Below, piece by piece: positions 12,200-25,298 of a stretch of 64,000 bases of DNA (position 1 is its first letter; each line of letters starts with the position of its first letter). The notes beneath the pieces are model-generated. The model made no database searches and was not told the origin of the DNA. It saw nothing but the letters and a program-made list of their open reading frames with translations. Position numbers and translations under genes: made by a program. The stretch comes from Psammoneis japonica (taxonomy: Eukaryota): NCBI GenBank assembly GCA_008632985.1, contig QPGO01000150.1:1-64000 (forward strand), in the 5' to 3' direction.

Positions 12200-14350
12200 T
12201 GGTCTAACGGTTTGTTTAATGCTGAGGTTGTGGGACAAACTTGTGCAAGTGTGCTAGAGGCATGGCTTTGGTCATGCGACAGGTGTTGCAGATCCATTCT
12301 GTTTCAGTTCTCCCTTCACTCCAAGAGTTTCTCTCTTTCTGTTGCTCTCACCATTCCAAATTCTTGGTTTAAATGTTCCCTGGGCCATCACATGTTGAGG
12401 GAAGGCACTTGGTCAAGGAGGGCAAGGGCAACCAATCATTGAAATGAAGGTTTGTGCAGTGCATCTCCCCTCAACGCATCACCACACATCCAGTGTGCAG
12501 TGGAGGCATCAATGTGTCACAAGCCCTTGTTCTTAACAGCAACAAACTTTGTCCACCATCTTTTAAGTCACTCTTCTGTGGCTGTCATGATGACCTCTCC
12601 ACCCTGTGCTTCTGTGACCTCAAATCATCTTGTTCCACACAAACAGCACTGGCTCTTAAAGCAGGGGTGAAATGTCAGCATTTCACTCCTGGAACATCTT
12701 CAAGATCAAGAGAAACTCACTTTTTGCTGACCCTGAGCAACAAGAAACCAGCAGCACCCAAACAAGATTCTCTGAAGGCCATGTGATGACCAGCCAGAGC
12801 AGCAGCTGCTGCTGCAAAAATGTGACAAGCTGCAAGAATGTACCAACAAGCAGGAAGGGTGGACAAAATGCATGTGATGCAGCGGCACAAACTCTGACAA
12901 GAGCCAAGGAGTGTGGAAGACAAAATGCCTTTCTGGCTGGTGCCAATGAAAACCAGTTGCACTTTTCTGTTGAGCCATCTGGGTCAAGTGCACACCACAG
13001 ATCAGCCACAGAGCTTGCCAAGCTCCTGTTGCCCCAGCAGCAAACTCTCACTCATCAGTGCACTGGCAGAACCCAGTGCACCAAAGATGTTGCAACTCAG
13101 CAGGCACATCCAGATCTCTCCTCGCTCATTTGCTGGCTCACTCAACTTGATTGCGGCCAACTCTGAAGAGCCAGAGGGTGCAAGAAGCCACGCTGCTGAA
13201 GAAAGTGCACTGCCACCATGCATCAGTTTTTGCTGAAAAGTTGAAGTCAGAAATTCAAACACCTGGAACACCCCAGTTTGTTGAGCAAATTCCACTGGTC
13301 TCACCTTGTCCCAGGACAAATGGAGCCCACAATGAAACAAAGAACAAACAATTTGTGCCTTCTCTTCTTGTCATGGTGCCAATGACACTTTGCAAATTTT
13401 TGGCACAAACAAAGAACAAACAATTCGTGCCTTTTCTTCTTGTCATGGTGCCAATGACACTTGGCAAATTTTTGTGGACAAATGTGGACAGACTGTCTCT
13501 GAAAACTTGAATTTGAAATTGTCCGTCCTTGTTCCACTTGCAGTGGGGTTGGATGCAAAAGGTGTCAAAGCAAGTTTGGTCCAATCCAAGAAGTTGCTTT
13601 TCACATCAGGATCAGGGCGGACATGAGCTGTCATGATGGTTGTGACAACTCTGACACATCCACACGATGCAAACTTTGTGATTGCCCTCTGAAGGCTTGC
13701 GGATGTGAGGCATGTTTCACCCAGTTCAGATGGGTTTGAGACCTTGAGGGCAGCTCTGTTGATGATGTCTTGAACTGCCTCCTGCTCATTTGTCAGGTCT
13801 TGGGCAAAGGGTGTGATGCTCTTCTGAATGATGTGCTCTCAAAAGACATCAAGAAAATCAGACTTGGGGACAGCGCAGCTTCTCACATGTTCAAAGACAC
13901 AGTCTGACTCAGAGCCATCCAGGTCAAATGCACCTCACAGATCAGCTGCAGAGCTTGACATGCTCCTGTTGCCAGCAGCAAACTCTCACTCAGCACACTG
14001 GCAGAACCCAGTGCACCAAAGATGCTGCGACTGAGCAGGCACATCCAGATCTGTCATTTGTTTGCTGGCTCACTCAACTTGGTTGCCACCAACCGAGGAG
14101 CCAGAGGGTGCAACAAGAAGCCACGCTGCTGAAGAAAGTGCACTGCCACCATGCATCAGTTTTTGCTCAAAAGTTGAAGTCAGAAATTCAAACACCTGGA
14201 ACACCCCCGTTTGTCGAGCAAATTCCACTGGTCTCACCTTGTCCCAGGACAAATGGAGCCCACAATGAAACGAAGAACAAATGTTTTATGCCTTCTCTTC
14301 TTGTTGTCACCAACACTTGGCAAATGTTCGTGGACAAACGGACAGACTGT
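12200..14350. repeat. TpA-depleted degenerate block with internal direct duplications
   Basis: ~12970-13530 repeated at ~13910-14380; a ~65-bp unit repeated at ~13337 and ~13408; about 9 TAs in 2.1 kb, mostly TTAA/CTAA/CTAG. Confidence 0.7.
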
Positions 14351-14444
14351 CCTGAAAACTTGAATTTGAAACTATCCGTTCTATTATATTCCACTCTGAT
14401 CGATTCCGAATTACGATTGTATTAACCAAACGACAGCGTTCACC

Positions 14445-15851
14445 ATGTTCTCTTTGCTTTTCGGCGCCAAGAATTCCTCCAAAGGCGTTGGATATGGCGG
14501 AAATAAGGCTCGAGATTTAGCGAAACGAAAAGAAGGACGAGAAAAAGCCGCGGCCCAACAATCGACACGCGAAGCGACCAAACTTGCCTTTCTGATTCGA
14601 ACCGCCTCGCTGCTGCGTCACGGAAGCCTCGACACTGACCAAAAGAATGATCTTGTGGCTACGCTGAAGGACATTTTTCGAAACCAAGTCCCGTCGGAAT
14701 GGAGTGTTCGCAAGAAGACTCTGGTGGTTGCCTTGACGTGTTTTGGATTGATGCTCAAGAATAACTGTTCGGAGCTCGTTGGTGGTCTCCAGGACAGCGA
14801 GTCTCTCGCCTTTGCCTTTGACAACCTTGCACAACACGCCCACTTTCTTAGCCAGCACAGTTGTGGGAAAGAGCATGCCCGTTTGGTCGAGCGAATTCTC
14901 GCTTTGCGGTCGACCTTGGAAGGAGGATCGTATCACGAAAGCAAGACGGCCTGCGACACTGTGGACCTCACAATGGAGGATTCTAGCCATGTTCACTATT
15001 ATCGCAAGACTCTATTGCCGTTGTGTTTTGACTTTTGCTCCAATTTCCACGACCACGCGTTTTCCAAACAATCCCAATCCAACCAGCTTGATACCCGAAA
15101 GCTCTTTCAAGAGCTATCAGCCTTTCGAACGTCTCTTCCCGTCGAGAACGGCTCGAGTATTTTTGTACGCGCTCAGGAAGGTCGAATGGATCTTTTGCGT
15201 GCACTCATTGTCGGTCCAACAGACACACCCTATGCGAATGGGTGCTTTCTATTCGACATTTGGCTCGACGATTATCCCAACAAGCCCCCAAAAGTCAGGT
15301 TTCGAACGACTGGAGGTGGCAAAGTCGTCTTTAATCCCAACCTTTATGCCGACGGAAAGGTGTGTCTGAGTTTACTGGGAACGTGGCATGGACCCGGGTG
15401 GGTCAAGGGCGAAAGCACCCTATTGCAAGTGCTAGTGAGCATTCAGTCGCTCGTTTTGGTGGCGGAACCAATCTACAACGAACCAGGCGTAGAGCCTCTA
15501 ATCAGAGTGCTGGGACGGGAATCCAAGAGTGCCATCACCTACAATGCCAATGTTCGACGAAAGACGCTCCTTCACGCCGTGTTGCCCTTTATCCATGGAT
15601 CCGCTGCTCTCTATCCCGAGTTCCTACTCGTCATGCAACAGCACTTTTGTCTCAAAAAGCAGCAGCTTCAACGACAACTAGTTCGGTGGACAAATGACGA
15701 CTCTTCTCTTGCCAGCATTGCAGAGGAAGTATCCACCAAGCTATCACGAAGATCCAAACGGACCAAGGAGTGGGAATTGACTGAAGACGACGACCATTGC
15801 GTGGACGTTTCGCGCAAGAGATTCAAATTTCTGGAGGAGCGACCAGTATGA
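14445..15851 (+). CDS. Ubiquitin-conjugating enzyme E2, BIRC6/UBE2O/UBE2Z-like UBC domain
   Basis: 468-aa ORF with RMDLLRALIVGPTDTPYANGCFLFD...YPNKPPKV...FNPNLYADGKVCLSLLGTW (catalytic Cys) ...STLLQVLVSIQSL. Confidence 0.9.
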   Translation: MFSLLFGAKNSSKGVGYGGNKARDLAKRKEGREKAAAQQSTREATKLAFLIRTASLLRHGSLDTDQKNDLVATLKDIFRNQVPSEWSVRKKTLVVALTCFGLMLKNNCSELVGGLQDSESLAFAFDNLAQHAHFLSQHSCGKEHARLVERILALRSTLEGGSYHESKTACDTVDLTMEDSSHVHYYRKTLLPLCFDFCSNFHDHAFSKQSQSNQLDTRKLFQELSAFRTSLPVENGSSIFVRAQEGRMDLLRALIVGPTDTPYANGCFLFDIWLDDYPNKPPKVRFRTTGGGKVVFNPNLYADGKVCLSLLGTWHGPGWVKGESTLLQVLVSIQSLVLVAEPIYNEPGVEPLIRVLGRESKSAITYNANVRRKTLLHAVLPFIHGSAALYPEFLLVMQQHFCLKKQQLQRQLVRWTNDDSSLASIAEEVSTKLSRRSKRTKEWELTEDDDHCVDVSRKRFKFLEERPV

Positions 15852-16074
15852 AGGCGATATTGCTGTGAGGCCCTGGCAGACGGGTCAGATCAACAGAATT
15901 CATTCATTCGGTGTAGTAGTCGTAACAGTAGCCATGAACATCTTTCTAACCCATACAGCTCACAGCAAGGACAAAATTGCTCACAGTCCCGCTGTTGTCG
16001 AGGCGAAGTCAAACAGTAGCTTTCTATTAAGACAGATCCTCTGCACCGATTAATGTGTGCAGTTAAGTAATCTA

Positions 16075-18127
16075 TTACACCTGAGGTCCGTAATGAGCGT
16101 AATCGACATTTCCCTTTCCGGCATACTTTTCAAAATTTTTCACATACTTTACCGCCAATTTCTTGGCGGCCTCATCATACTCGTTGGAATCAGGCCAGGT
16201 GTTCCTGGGGTTCAGAAGGTGAGCATCGACTCCGTCCAACTCCTTGGGAATCTCAAACCCAAAGTATGGGTCCATCTCCGTTTCTGCATCATGAATCGTT
16301 CCATTCAAAATTGAATCAATACAAGCCCGAGTCGTCGTGACAGACATGCGTTCTCCCACCCCGTACGGACCACCGGACCACCCGGAATTGACCAAGTACG
16401 CGCTAGAATTGTGTTGCTCCATCTTTTCTCGGAGCAAATTGGCATAACGGGTAGGATGTAAAGTCAAGAATGCTGCACCAAAGCAAGCTGAAAAGGTGGG
16501 AATCGGTTCAGTAATGCCATGCTCTGTGCCAGCCACCTTGGCAGTGTATCCCGAGATGAAGTGGTACATGGCTTGTCCCGACGACAACTTGGCCACAGGA
16601 GGCAAGACACCGAAAGCATCGCACGATAGGAAAATGATATTCTTGGGGTGACCCGCCGTTTGTGGCTTGTGCTACAGAAGGATGAGCAGGTGAGTTAAGT
16701 CTCGTGAAACGTCAGCCCCCATCAATCCTGCTTAATCGTACATGTTTGACTCACATGATTCGGAACGTGGAAAATGGGATACGACACACGTCCATTCTCC
16801 GTTTTCGATACGTCAAAGTAGTCGGGAACAAGCTTGTCTCCTCCCTCCTCCACAAGAGACACGTTTTCCAACAATGCGTCCGTCTTTATGGCACGATAGA
16901 TATCTGGTTTGTTCTTTTCCATGAGATTGATAGTCTTGGCATAATTTCCGCCTTCAAAATTAAAAATCCCATCGTCATCCCATCCGATTTCGTCGTCACC
17001 AATCAAAGCACGGTTAGGATCAGCACTAAGAGTTGTTCTACCTGTTCCAGACAAGCCAAAAAAGAGTGCTGCATCCCCGTCCTTGCCGACATTGGCAGAG
17101 CAGCGCATGGGAAAGTCGCCATCCATGGGCAACCAATAATTCATCAAGGAAAATATACCCCTTCTGGTTTCATCGCCACACCACGTTCCAAAAATGACGG
17201 CACATTTCTTTTCAATGTTAAAGACCACCGCCGTGTCGCTGTGGAGTCTGTGTCGTTCAAAGTCATTGTCAACTTGGGAACAGCAATTAAAGACGGTAAA
17301 GTCAGGTTCAAAGTCTTTTAGTTCCGACGCATCTTGTGGACGAACAAACATGTTGGTGACAAAGTGTTGTTGCCACGCCATTTCGTGAACAAACCGAATC
17401 TTTCGCTGGGACTTGGCACCGCAATACCCATCAAATACATAGGCCGAATCACGTGTATTGAAATGAGCAACAGCCTTGTCGTATAATTCACCAAACACCT
17501 CTGGGCTTGTCGGCTGATTGACTTTGCCCCAATCCAAATTGAAATCAGACTCGAACCCTCGTTCTTTACAATCCACTTGTCCTTGGGAGATCGTTCCGTA
17601 AATTTGCCAGTATCAATACAAAAGGTATCGCCATATTCTGCAGCAGCCACAACACCCTCTTGATTGGCCTGTTCGTGCTCAAAGAGCTCTTGAAACGTCA
17701 AGTTGCGATAAATAGTGGACGGACCCGTAATCCCCAAGGAATCCAGACCCACCCGGAGACAGGCGTCCGTGCTTGGATCGTTTGAGCAACCTTGTAGTCG
17801 TCACGGGGATTGTCGCTTGAAGAACCAGACGAGACGTTGCTCTCAAAAAAGCGGCATTGCAAAGAGAGGCTGCTTCCAAAGTTACGAGGGGAGGCACGCC
17901 TAGAGCGCAAGTTCTGAGAAAAAAGGCAGAGCGCGATTGGAGTATAATTTGCTAAGTGAGAACACTTGCGAAATGACCTGCAGAATCTAGCGAGCACCTC
18001 TAAGTTTCTTTCTTACCTCACGATTTGAAAAGCACGTGCTTTGAGCACGAGCCACAAGAGCTCGAGTCGCCAGTTGAGTGCACCTGGTTGTAGTGGTACG
18101 AAGCACAATCCGAGAAGAAGTCGACAT
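16075..18127 (-). CDS. PEPCK: PEP carboxykinase (ATP)-like paralog A with mitochondrial-type transit peptide; catalytic residues substituted (possible pseudoenzyme)
   Basis: Exon 1 [31 protein letters not shown] (ATG 18127, donor at 18016); intron 16672-16754 at the same position as in paralog B; PEPCK sequence throughout ([30 protein letters not shown]); two 1-bp indels near 17560 and 17770. Confidence 0.85.
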
Positions 18128-18838
18128 CTTGTAGTTTTCTCCTATAGTAGAAGCATTCGAATCATCAAAAGCAAGTATTAATATCTACGTACAGCAGAAC
18201 GTCGCCTGCACTAAAACAAGAATAGAGAGAGTTAGTCATGCAACAACCAACACACAGCATTCTTAGAGGAACACGGGAAAGGCGTCATGTTTTTCCCAGC
18301 ATGACTAGTACCTCGGTAGGTCTTCGTTTCAGTCTGCAGTTGAATCGTAGCGAACTCTGTATCTTGTTTTTCTTCTGACAAATCAGGAACAGCAGCAGGG
18401 AGAGGAGGCAGAAACGGACATTGCCATGTCGCTGTTGGCAACGTTAGAAAGAGGAACGTCGTCGTGTTGTGATGATGTGATGGGATGATGGGTGATGTTG
18501 GAATGTGTGCTTTATGTCAACTGCTTCAGTGATCTTGTAGGAACGGTGAAAGGAACCCGGAACGAAGATACTGCGCAAGTTGGCCGGATATGATAGAGAA
18601 GACAGCACCCCCGGCAGCGGGGCCCCGCAGTATCTCAGTACGTGAAATGTACGCACATGAAGCAAGCGGGGCACCCCCCCCTCTCCCAGCATATGTAAAG
18701 CCCTGTTGGCGGATCTTTGAAATGCGAACACTTTTTTCCCTCACTTTTTCTTTGCTGTTCCAATAGCAAAGGCCGAACTTCATCATCGCTTCGCTCTTCT
18801 CATTGACAAAACAAAGAATTAGAAAAATAAAACAAAGT

Positions 18839-19762
18839 ATGAGCACGGTTACAGTGGTTGGACTAGGCTTGATGGGAAGCGCCATTGCGCAATGTTACTT
18901 GGAACACGGTTATGAGGTCCATGCCTGGAATCGAGGAAAAAGCAAGCGTGATGCGGCAAAAGGCAAAATGACTACTGGCAAAAAATTACACGTGTACGAA
19001 ACTCTCCAAGAAGCGATATCCAAGTCGGACCTTGTCATCATGGCGGTGGTTGGTGACTGCATGTTGTCGAGTGCATCGAGTTTATTCAATCGATTCCGGC
19101 AACGAGTGGAAAGGCAAGACGTTGGTGCAGTTTTCATCGCACGAGCCTACCGCCATCAAGGCACAGGAACGACTCGTCCATTCTCTTGGTGCCGCGTTGA
19201 TTGGTGGTGCCATGATGGCTGTTCCTGAAACTGTCGGTACGGACGAGGGGGGCTTTTTGGTGAGTGCAAGTGATCCTTTAGTTGTTCAGAACTCCTTGTC
19301 TCATTTACAAGCACTTGGCAAAGTGGTTGTGTTTGATGGAAACGACGTGGGTCTAGCCTCCTTGGCCGACATTGGCTTTTTGCAGTCGGTTCAATTCGGC
19401 TTGGCTGGTAATGAGTTGTCGTGTTTGATGTTTGAACGTTACAGGGTCAATGACAATTTTCGAAAACTATACATGGAATTGGTCCCTTTGGTCGTACCCC
19501 CCATTTATCTACAATGTGCCAGCTTTGCGTCCAAGGCCGTCTTTACCGACGAGTACCACGAAATGGCAAAGATATTCTTGCGAGCATCCTCGCATTTGGC
19601 AGTTTGGAGACGCATCAATTCTTTTTTGAACAAATGGGACTCAAAGAAGAAACCTACCTTTCTCTCTACCTCAAGCAGTTTCGAAAGGTTCCCGACTCGC
19701 ACAATGTCGGTCCTGCCGCCATTGTGAAGGAGTACAACTTTTCTAAAGACAATCAAGAATAA
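18839..19762 (+). CDS. NAD(P)-dependent oxidoreductase, beta-hydroxyacid dehydrogenase / imine reductase (IRED)-like; two frameshifts
   Basis: MSTVTVVGLGLMGSAIA...HAWNR Rossmann motif; GGAMMAVPETVG and DVGLASLADIGFL; ORFs 18803..19228, 19032..19727 and 19514..19762 join near 19085 and 19600. Confidence 0.75.
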
Positions 19763-20205
19763 GAATTCGATTTTGAGGCTTGAAAAGAACCTAAACATAT
19801 GTGTTGTTTCCAAACTATGTCTTTGCATTTCGCCGACCGTAACATTATTGTTGAATAGAACATGGGGTGATTGACAGAGAACAGCACGCGCATTTGGTCT
19901 TCGAAGCATCTTCTTTCTTCTTGCGACACTTATCAGCACTGATAGATCCGCAGAGAGCACGAAGAGAAGTGCACCGGACTTTACTCTCGTTGTGATGCCC
20001 ACTATCTCGCTATGTCTCTATTTTTAGTGGCGGCCCTTCTCGTCTGCTGAAAAACTCTCTCCTCAATTCTACTAGAGTTATACTGTATTGCAGATAGACT
20101 GAACGGCACAAGTGCTAAAAAATGAATTCCTAAATGTAAAATACAAATACTATCGCCTGTATTCCAATGCAGCCATGCCGAAAAGCTTGCGTATGGCATC
20201 ACCTC

Positions 20206-22587
20206 TTACAATTGAGGTCCAAATTGCGTGTAATCTTCACTTCCCACTCCCTCGTACTTTTTAAAGTTCTCGACATACATGGCTGCCAACTTTTTCTCGG
20301 CTTCATCGTATGCCTTTTGGTCAGACCACGTGGAGCGGGGGTTGAGAAGCTTGGTATCGACTCCGGGAAGTTCGAGTGGCACTTCAAATCCAAAAATGGG
20401 ATCCGTCTTGAATTCGACATCGTTAATGCTACCATCCAAAATGGCATCGACACATGTGCGTGTCGTCTTGATGGACATGCGATCACCGACACCGTAGGGT
20501 CCACCGGACCATCCCGAATTGACCAAGAAGACCTTGCAACCGTGCTTTTGCATCTTGTCCTTGAGGAGATCGGCATAACGCGTCGGGTGCATCGTCATGA
20601 ATGCCGCACCAAAGCAAGCGGAAAAGTTGGGAATGGGTTCCTTGATTCCGCGCTCGGTACCCGCCACCTTGGCCGTGTATCCCGACATGAAGTGGTACAT
20701 GGCTTGATCGGGGCTCAAACGAGCGACAGGTGGCAAGACACCAAAGGCGTCGCAGGACAAAAACAAAATGTTGCTTGGGTGTCCGGCAATTTGGGGTTTG
20801 TGCTGAAAAAAAGAAAGAATAGAGTGGAAGAGCGTGAGCAGTCATTCATTAGAAACAAAAAATACCTTATACACATTTTCACTCACATAACCATCAATAT
20901 GATGAATAGGATACGACACACGGCCATTTTCCGTAATGGACACATCAAAGTAATCCGGCGTCCCGTCGGGTTTGAGCATGACATTTTCAAAGAGCGCATC
21001 CTTACGAATGGCACGGTAAATGTCGGGCTCGGACTCTTCCTTCAAGTTGATCGTCTTGGCGTAGCATCCACCTTCAAAATTAAAAATACCATCGTCATCC
21101 CATCCGTGTTCATCGTCACCAATGAGAGCACGGTGTGGATCGGCACTCAGCGTCGTCTTGCCCGTTCCGGACAAACCGAAAAAGAGCGCAACGTCACCGT
21201 CCTTGCCCACGTTGGCCGAGCAGTGCATGGGAAGCTTGTTTTCCATGGGCAACCAGTAATTCATGAGTCCAAAGATTCCCTTCTTCATTTCTCCACCATA
21301 GTAACTTCCAAAGATGAGGCCAAGCTTTTTATCAGGATTAAAGACAACCGCCGTTTCCGAATTCAATCCGTGTCGTTCCCAATCGTCATCAATTTGGGAA
21401 CACACATTGAGTTCGGTAAAGTCCGGATCATCAAATCCCTCCAATTCTTCGGCCGTCGTGGGACGGATAAACATGTTGGTAACAAAGTGTTGATGCCACG
21501 CATACTCCGTCACGAATCGGACCTTGCGGCGGCTACCGGGTGACGCACCGCAATAGGCGTCCAACACATAAATCGTGTCCTTGGTGTTGAGGTAATCCAC
21601 CGCCTTTTGGTTGAGCTCATCAAAGACTTCAGGCTTGGCCGGCATGTTAATGTCGTTCCAATCGATATTTTGATCCGTTTCGGATCCCTCATATTGCACG
21701 AGGAATCGATCCTTGGGAGAACGGCCCGTGTACTTGCCGGTACGGATGGAAATGACATCACCGTATTCGGCGTGTGCCACTTCACCGTCCTTGTTTTTGA
21801 CTTCGTGTTGAAACAATTCCTCAAAGGTCAAATTGCGGTAAATCGTGGTGGGACCCGTAATGCCCAACTTGTCGAGACCGAGCTTTTTGCACGCGTCCGT
21901 GCCTTCAATGGTCTGAGAGACATTGTACTCGTCGCGGGGATTGTCTCCGGAACTAGACGACGAGACGGTCGATTGAGAACGGCGTTGAGGCTGAGTCGTA
22001 GCAGTAGCGTAGCTTGATAGTTTCTGAATTTGATAGAGAGAGAGAAGAGCATACTGTAAGTTGAGTACTCGTAGGATCAGAAGAAAATCTACAGCAAACA
22101 CATCATGTTCTTTTAACGTCCACAGCAAACAAAACAAAGAACCTCTGCAGCACATTTCTCATACTACAATGCATGTTGTTGCTTTACAACTATAATACAT
22201 GCACACAACACATCCTGCAAAGAACACGTTCTTTCACGAAAAGATACCAATCAAAAACACGTCATTCAGAAGCGAGTCTCTCATGTTCTTCTCTTACCGT
22301 GGAGTTGTTCGTAAAGCGAGGAGGAGGAGTATGACTGGTAGACGTTAGATTCTGTAATGGAGAAAACAACAAAGTGTTGTGTGTAAGTTCGTGTCAGACG
22401 TGTTTTCCATGCAAATACAGTCGATACAGAAACAAAGATTTTCTTTTTTCAAGAAAAACAACAGTCGCATTCTTACCGCTGGAACCGGAAACGATGTAGA
22501 AAAGGCACGTGCCACAAGCGCTCGAGTTGCCATGCGACCACCCATGGCGGTGGCCGTACGAATCATGATGCGAGAAGAGGTCATCAT
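20206..22587 (-). CDS. PEPCK: PEP carboxykinase (ATP), paralog B, canonical active site, mitochondrial-type transit peptide; 4 exons
   Basis: [31 protein letters not shown]; introns approx 22352-22476, 22024-22297 and 20803-20886; motifs GKYTGRSPKD, YYGGEMKKGIF, MHCSAN, GLSGTGKTTLSAD, IGDDEHGW, EGGCYAK. Confidence 0.95.
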
Positions 22588-23572
22588 CTTGTTATTGTTT
22601 TGAGTGTTTTGTTGAAAATATAATGACAACAGAGGAGGAACAGCTGGTGGTTGGGAAGGATTTGTGCGATCTTTTTCTCATTGGCAATCCGTGTAGAATT
22701 GGTACGAAACTCTACGTGCCGGTTCGAAATTCTCCTCCGGTTCGGGTTTGACACCCCAGGGTTCTCATCGTGACGTCACGAAAAATACTTATACATATCT
22801 GAAAATAGGCATTTGATGGACCGTGTCGTCGTGTCGTCTCAAATTCCATCTCGTCATTCGGTTTTCGTGTCAAAATGACCATACCGGTACACAGAATGAC
22901 GACATTGGGTGTCACACGTTGCAGGGAATAAAAATACCGTAGCTACATACAACGAGCAAAAATAATGTTCTGACGCCATTCTGACAACCAAAGCATCTTC
23001 TCTAGCTAGAGAGTACTCCGCATTGTTATGACGAAAGAGTTTCAGTTCCCAAAAAGCTCTCGTCACTCATCTCTGGACAGTGTCGCTGTGGTGGGTGCAG
23101 CAGATCACATTTGCTCTGCCACAATCTCTGCACAGCTTTTTTGTGTCACATCTCAAGAACGACTTGACTCGAAGCATCGCACAAAGCACGATGGTTGTCG
23201 CTTGCAGTGAGGCGTTGTTCCTCTCTCTTTCGCACCTTGTGAGAGAGCATGACTGCTTGGACCGCCATGGGCCGTACGGTACACTGGCGACGGACGGACG
23301 CATTGTCCACACTTACTCGTCTGCCATTCGCTCGTTCATGCATCATTCCCGATCCCGAGCACGAATGGTTGGATCTTCCAATCGGTTCGTCGTAGAAAAA
23401 CTACAGAACTTTTGTACCAGTGACGAATCTTTCGGAAAATCTCTTCTACACGAAATGCAGTACAAATTCTACGCGATTTTTGGCGGGAAAATAATGGCCT
23501 CGGTGGCGTTGTCTCACAACATATTTCATAACAACAGCAACAACTCTCTGTCACAAGATAAAAACACACATC

Positions 23573-25236
23573 ATGACATCGTATGACTATGATTATGTCG
23601 TAATTGGTGGGGGTAGTGGTGGAATTGCCTCTGGAAAGCGAGCGGCTCAACTCTATGGCAAAAAGGTGAGGGAATCTAATGTTTTGTTGTTTCGTTGAAT
23701 GAATTCATGTGCCAGTAGGGGGTTTATCCGAGTCAACATACATTGGCTTTCATATTACTAACCAATCTAATAATACTCACCAATCCAATCCATCTCTCTC
23801 TATCTCTCTCTATCTCTCTCTTTCTTTTATTCTAGGTCGCAGTCATTGAACGCGGTCGGTTGGGAGGAACCTGTGTCAATGTCGGTTGCGTTCCGAAAAA
23901 GGTCACTTATCTCGCCGCCGACATGGCTCACATGCTCCAACACGATGCTCAGCAGTACGGCTTTGATGTCCCAAGCAATGCCTCTCAAATTGATTATCCA
24001 ATGCTCAAAACGAAACGTGATGCCTACGTGAAGCGTTTGAATGGGATCTATGCCAATGGATTCAAATCAGCTGGTGTGACGGAATTGACGGGGGATGCGT
24101 CCTTTGTGGACAATCATACCATTGCAATCAAGAGTGATAGTGGCAATGAGTCTACAACAGTCACAGCCGAACACATTTTAATTGCCACGGGTGGTCGTCC
24201 CATGTGGCCACCGGGAGAGGGCATTGCCGAACATGCCATGGACAGTGATGGCTTTTTTGAAATGCCCGACTTGCCCGACAAGGTTGTCGTGGTGGGTGCG
24301 GGATACATTGCCGTGGAATTGGCGGGTGTCATGAATGCCTTGGGAAAAAGTGACGTACACTTGGTGGTGCGCAAGGCCAAGGCTCTGCGAGAATTTGATC
24401 CCGATGTCAGTGACTTTTTGGATGAGGCCATGCGCAAATCGGGAATTACCATTCATCGCAACACCATGGGTGTCAAGAAAATTACCAACGACCCCGATAC
24501 CAACATCAAGACGGTAACGTTGCACAATGATGAAGTCATTGAAGGCGTCAATGCCGTTCTCATTGCTCCGGGGCGTATTCCAAACGTGGAAACACTCAAT
24601 TTGGAAGCGGTCGGCGTCAAGGTTGGTCCCAAGAATTACATCGAGGTGGATGAGTATTCCAACACTTCTGCTGAAAATATTTATGCTTTGGGCGACGTTT
24701 GTGGTCGAGTCGAGCTGACACCCATGGCGATTGCGGCCGGTCGTCGTTTGGCCGATCGTGTCTTTGGAAACAAGTCGGATGCCAATAAGGTTTCGTATGA
24801 AAACGTACCAACCGTTGTCTTTTCTCATCCACCCATTGGAACGGTTGGATTGACGGAACCACAAGCCATTGCCAAGTACGGTCAAGACAATATTCGAGTG
24901 TACAAGTCCAAATTTGCCAATTTGTTTTATGGCATTTTCGACGTGGCCGATCCGGCCGACAAGCCAAAGACCTACATGAAGGTCATTTGTGCCGGCGCGG
25001 ATGAATTGGTGGTGGGTATTCACGTGGTGGGCATGGGTGCCGACGAAATGATGCAAGGATTTGGTGTTGCCGTCAAAATGGGTGCCACCAAGGCCGATTT
25101 GGATTCGTGTGTTGCCATTCATCCCACGGCAGCCGAAGAACTTGTCACAATGGGAACGTGGGGACTTCGGCCCAGCATAGCGGAGCCAAGGTGCCGCCAC
25201 TCAACGGAGCCAAAGGGCCAGAGCCAAAGTGACTAG
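23573..25236 (+). CDS. GSR: Glutathione reductase (FAD-dependent disulfide oxidoreductase); intron 23666-23835
   Basis: [29 protein letters not shown] redox dithiol; [45 protein letters not shown]; probable indel near the 3' end. Confidence 0.93.
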
Positions 25237-25298
25237 TAGTCCGTAGTAGGAGTAAATTGTAAATGTTTTACACGTGAACAAAAATCTTTAAAACTTGT

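Noticed and set aside
4740..14350. Classical fungal RIP or simple CpG deamination as the cause of the skew
   Set aside because: RIP creates TpA rather than removing it, and CpG decay cannot turn Tyr codons into Cys/His.
20167..21543. 458-aa + strand ORF (also 24178..25200 - and 16704..17321 +)
   Set aside because: Antisense shadows of PEPCK and glutathione reductase.
23080..23586. 168-aa ORF upstream of glutathione reductase
   Set aside because: Non-ATG start, no motifs, lies in the divergent PEPCK/GSR promoter region.
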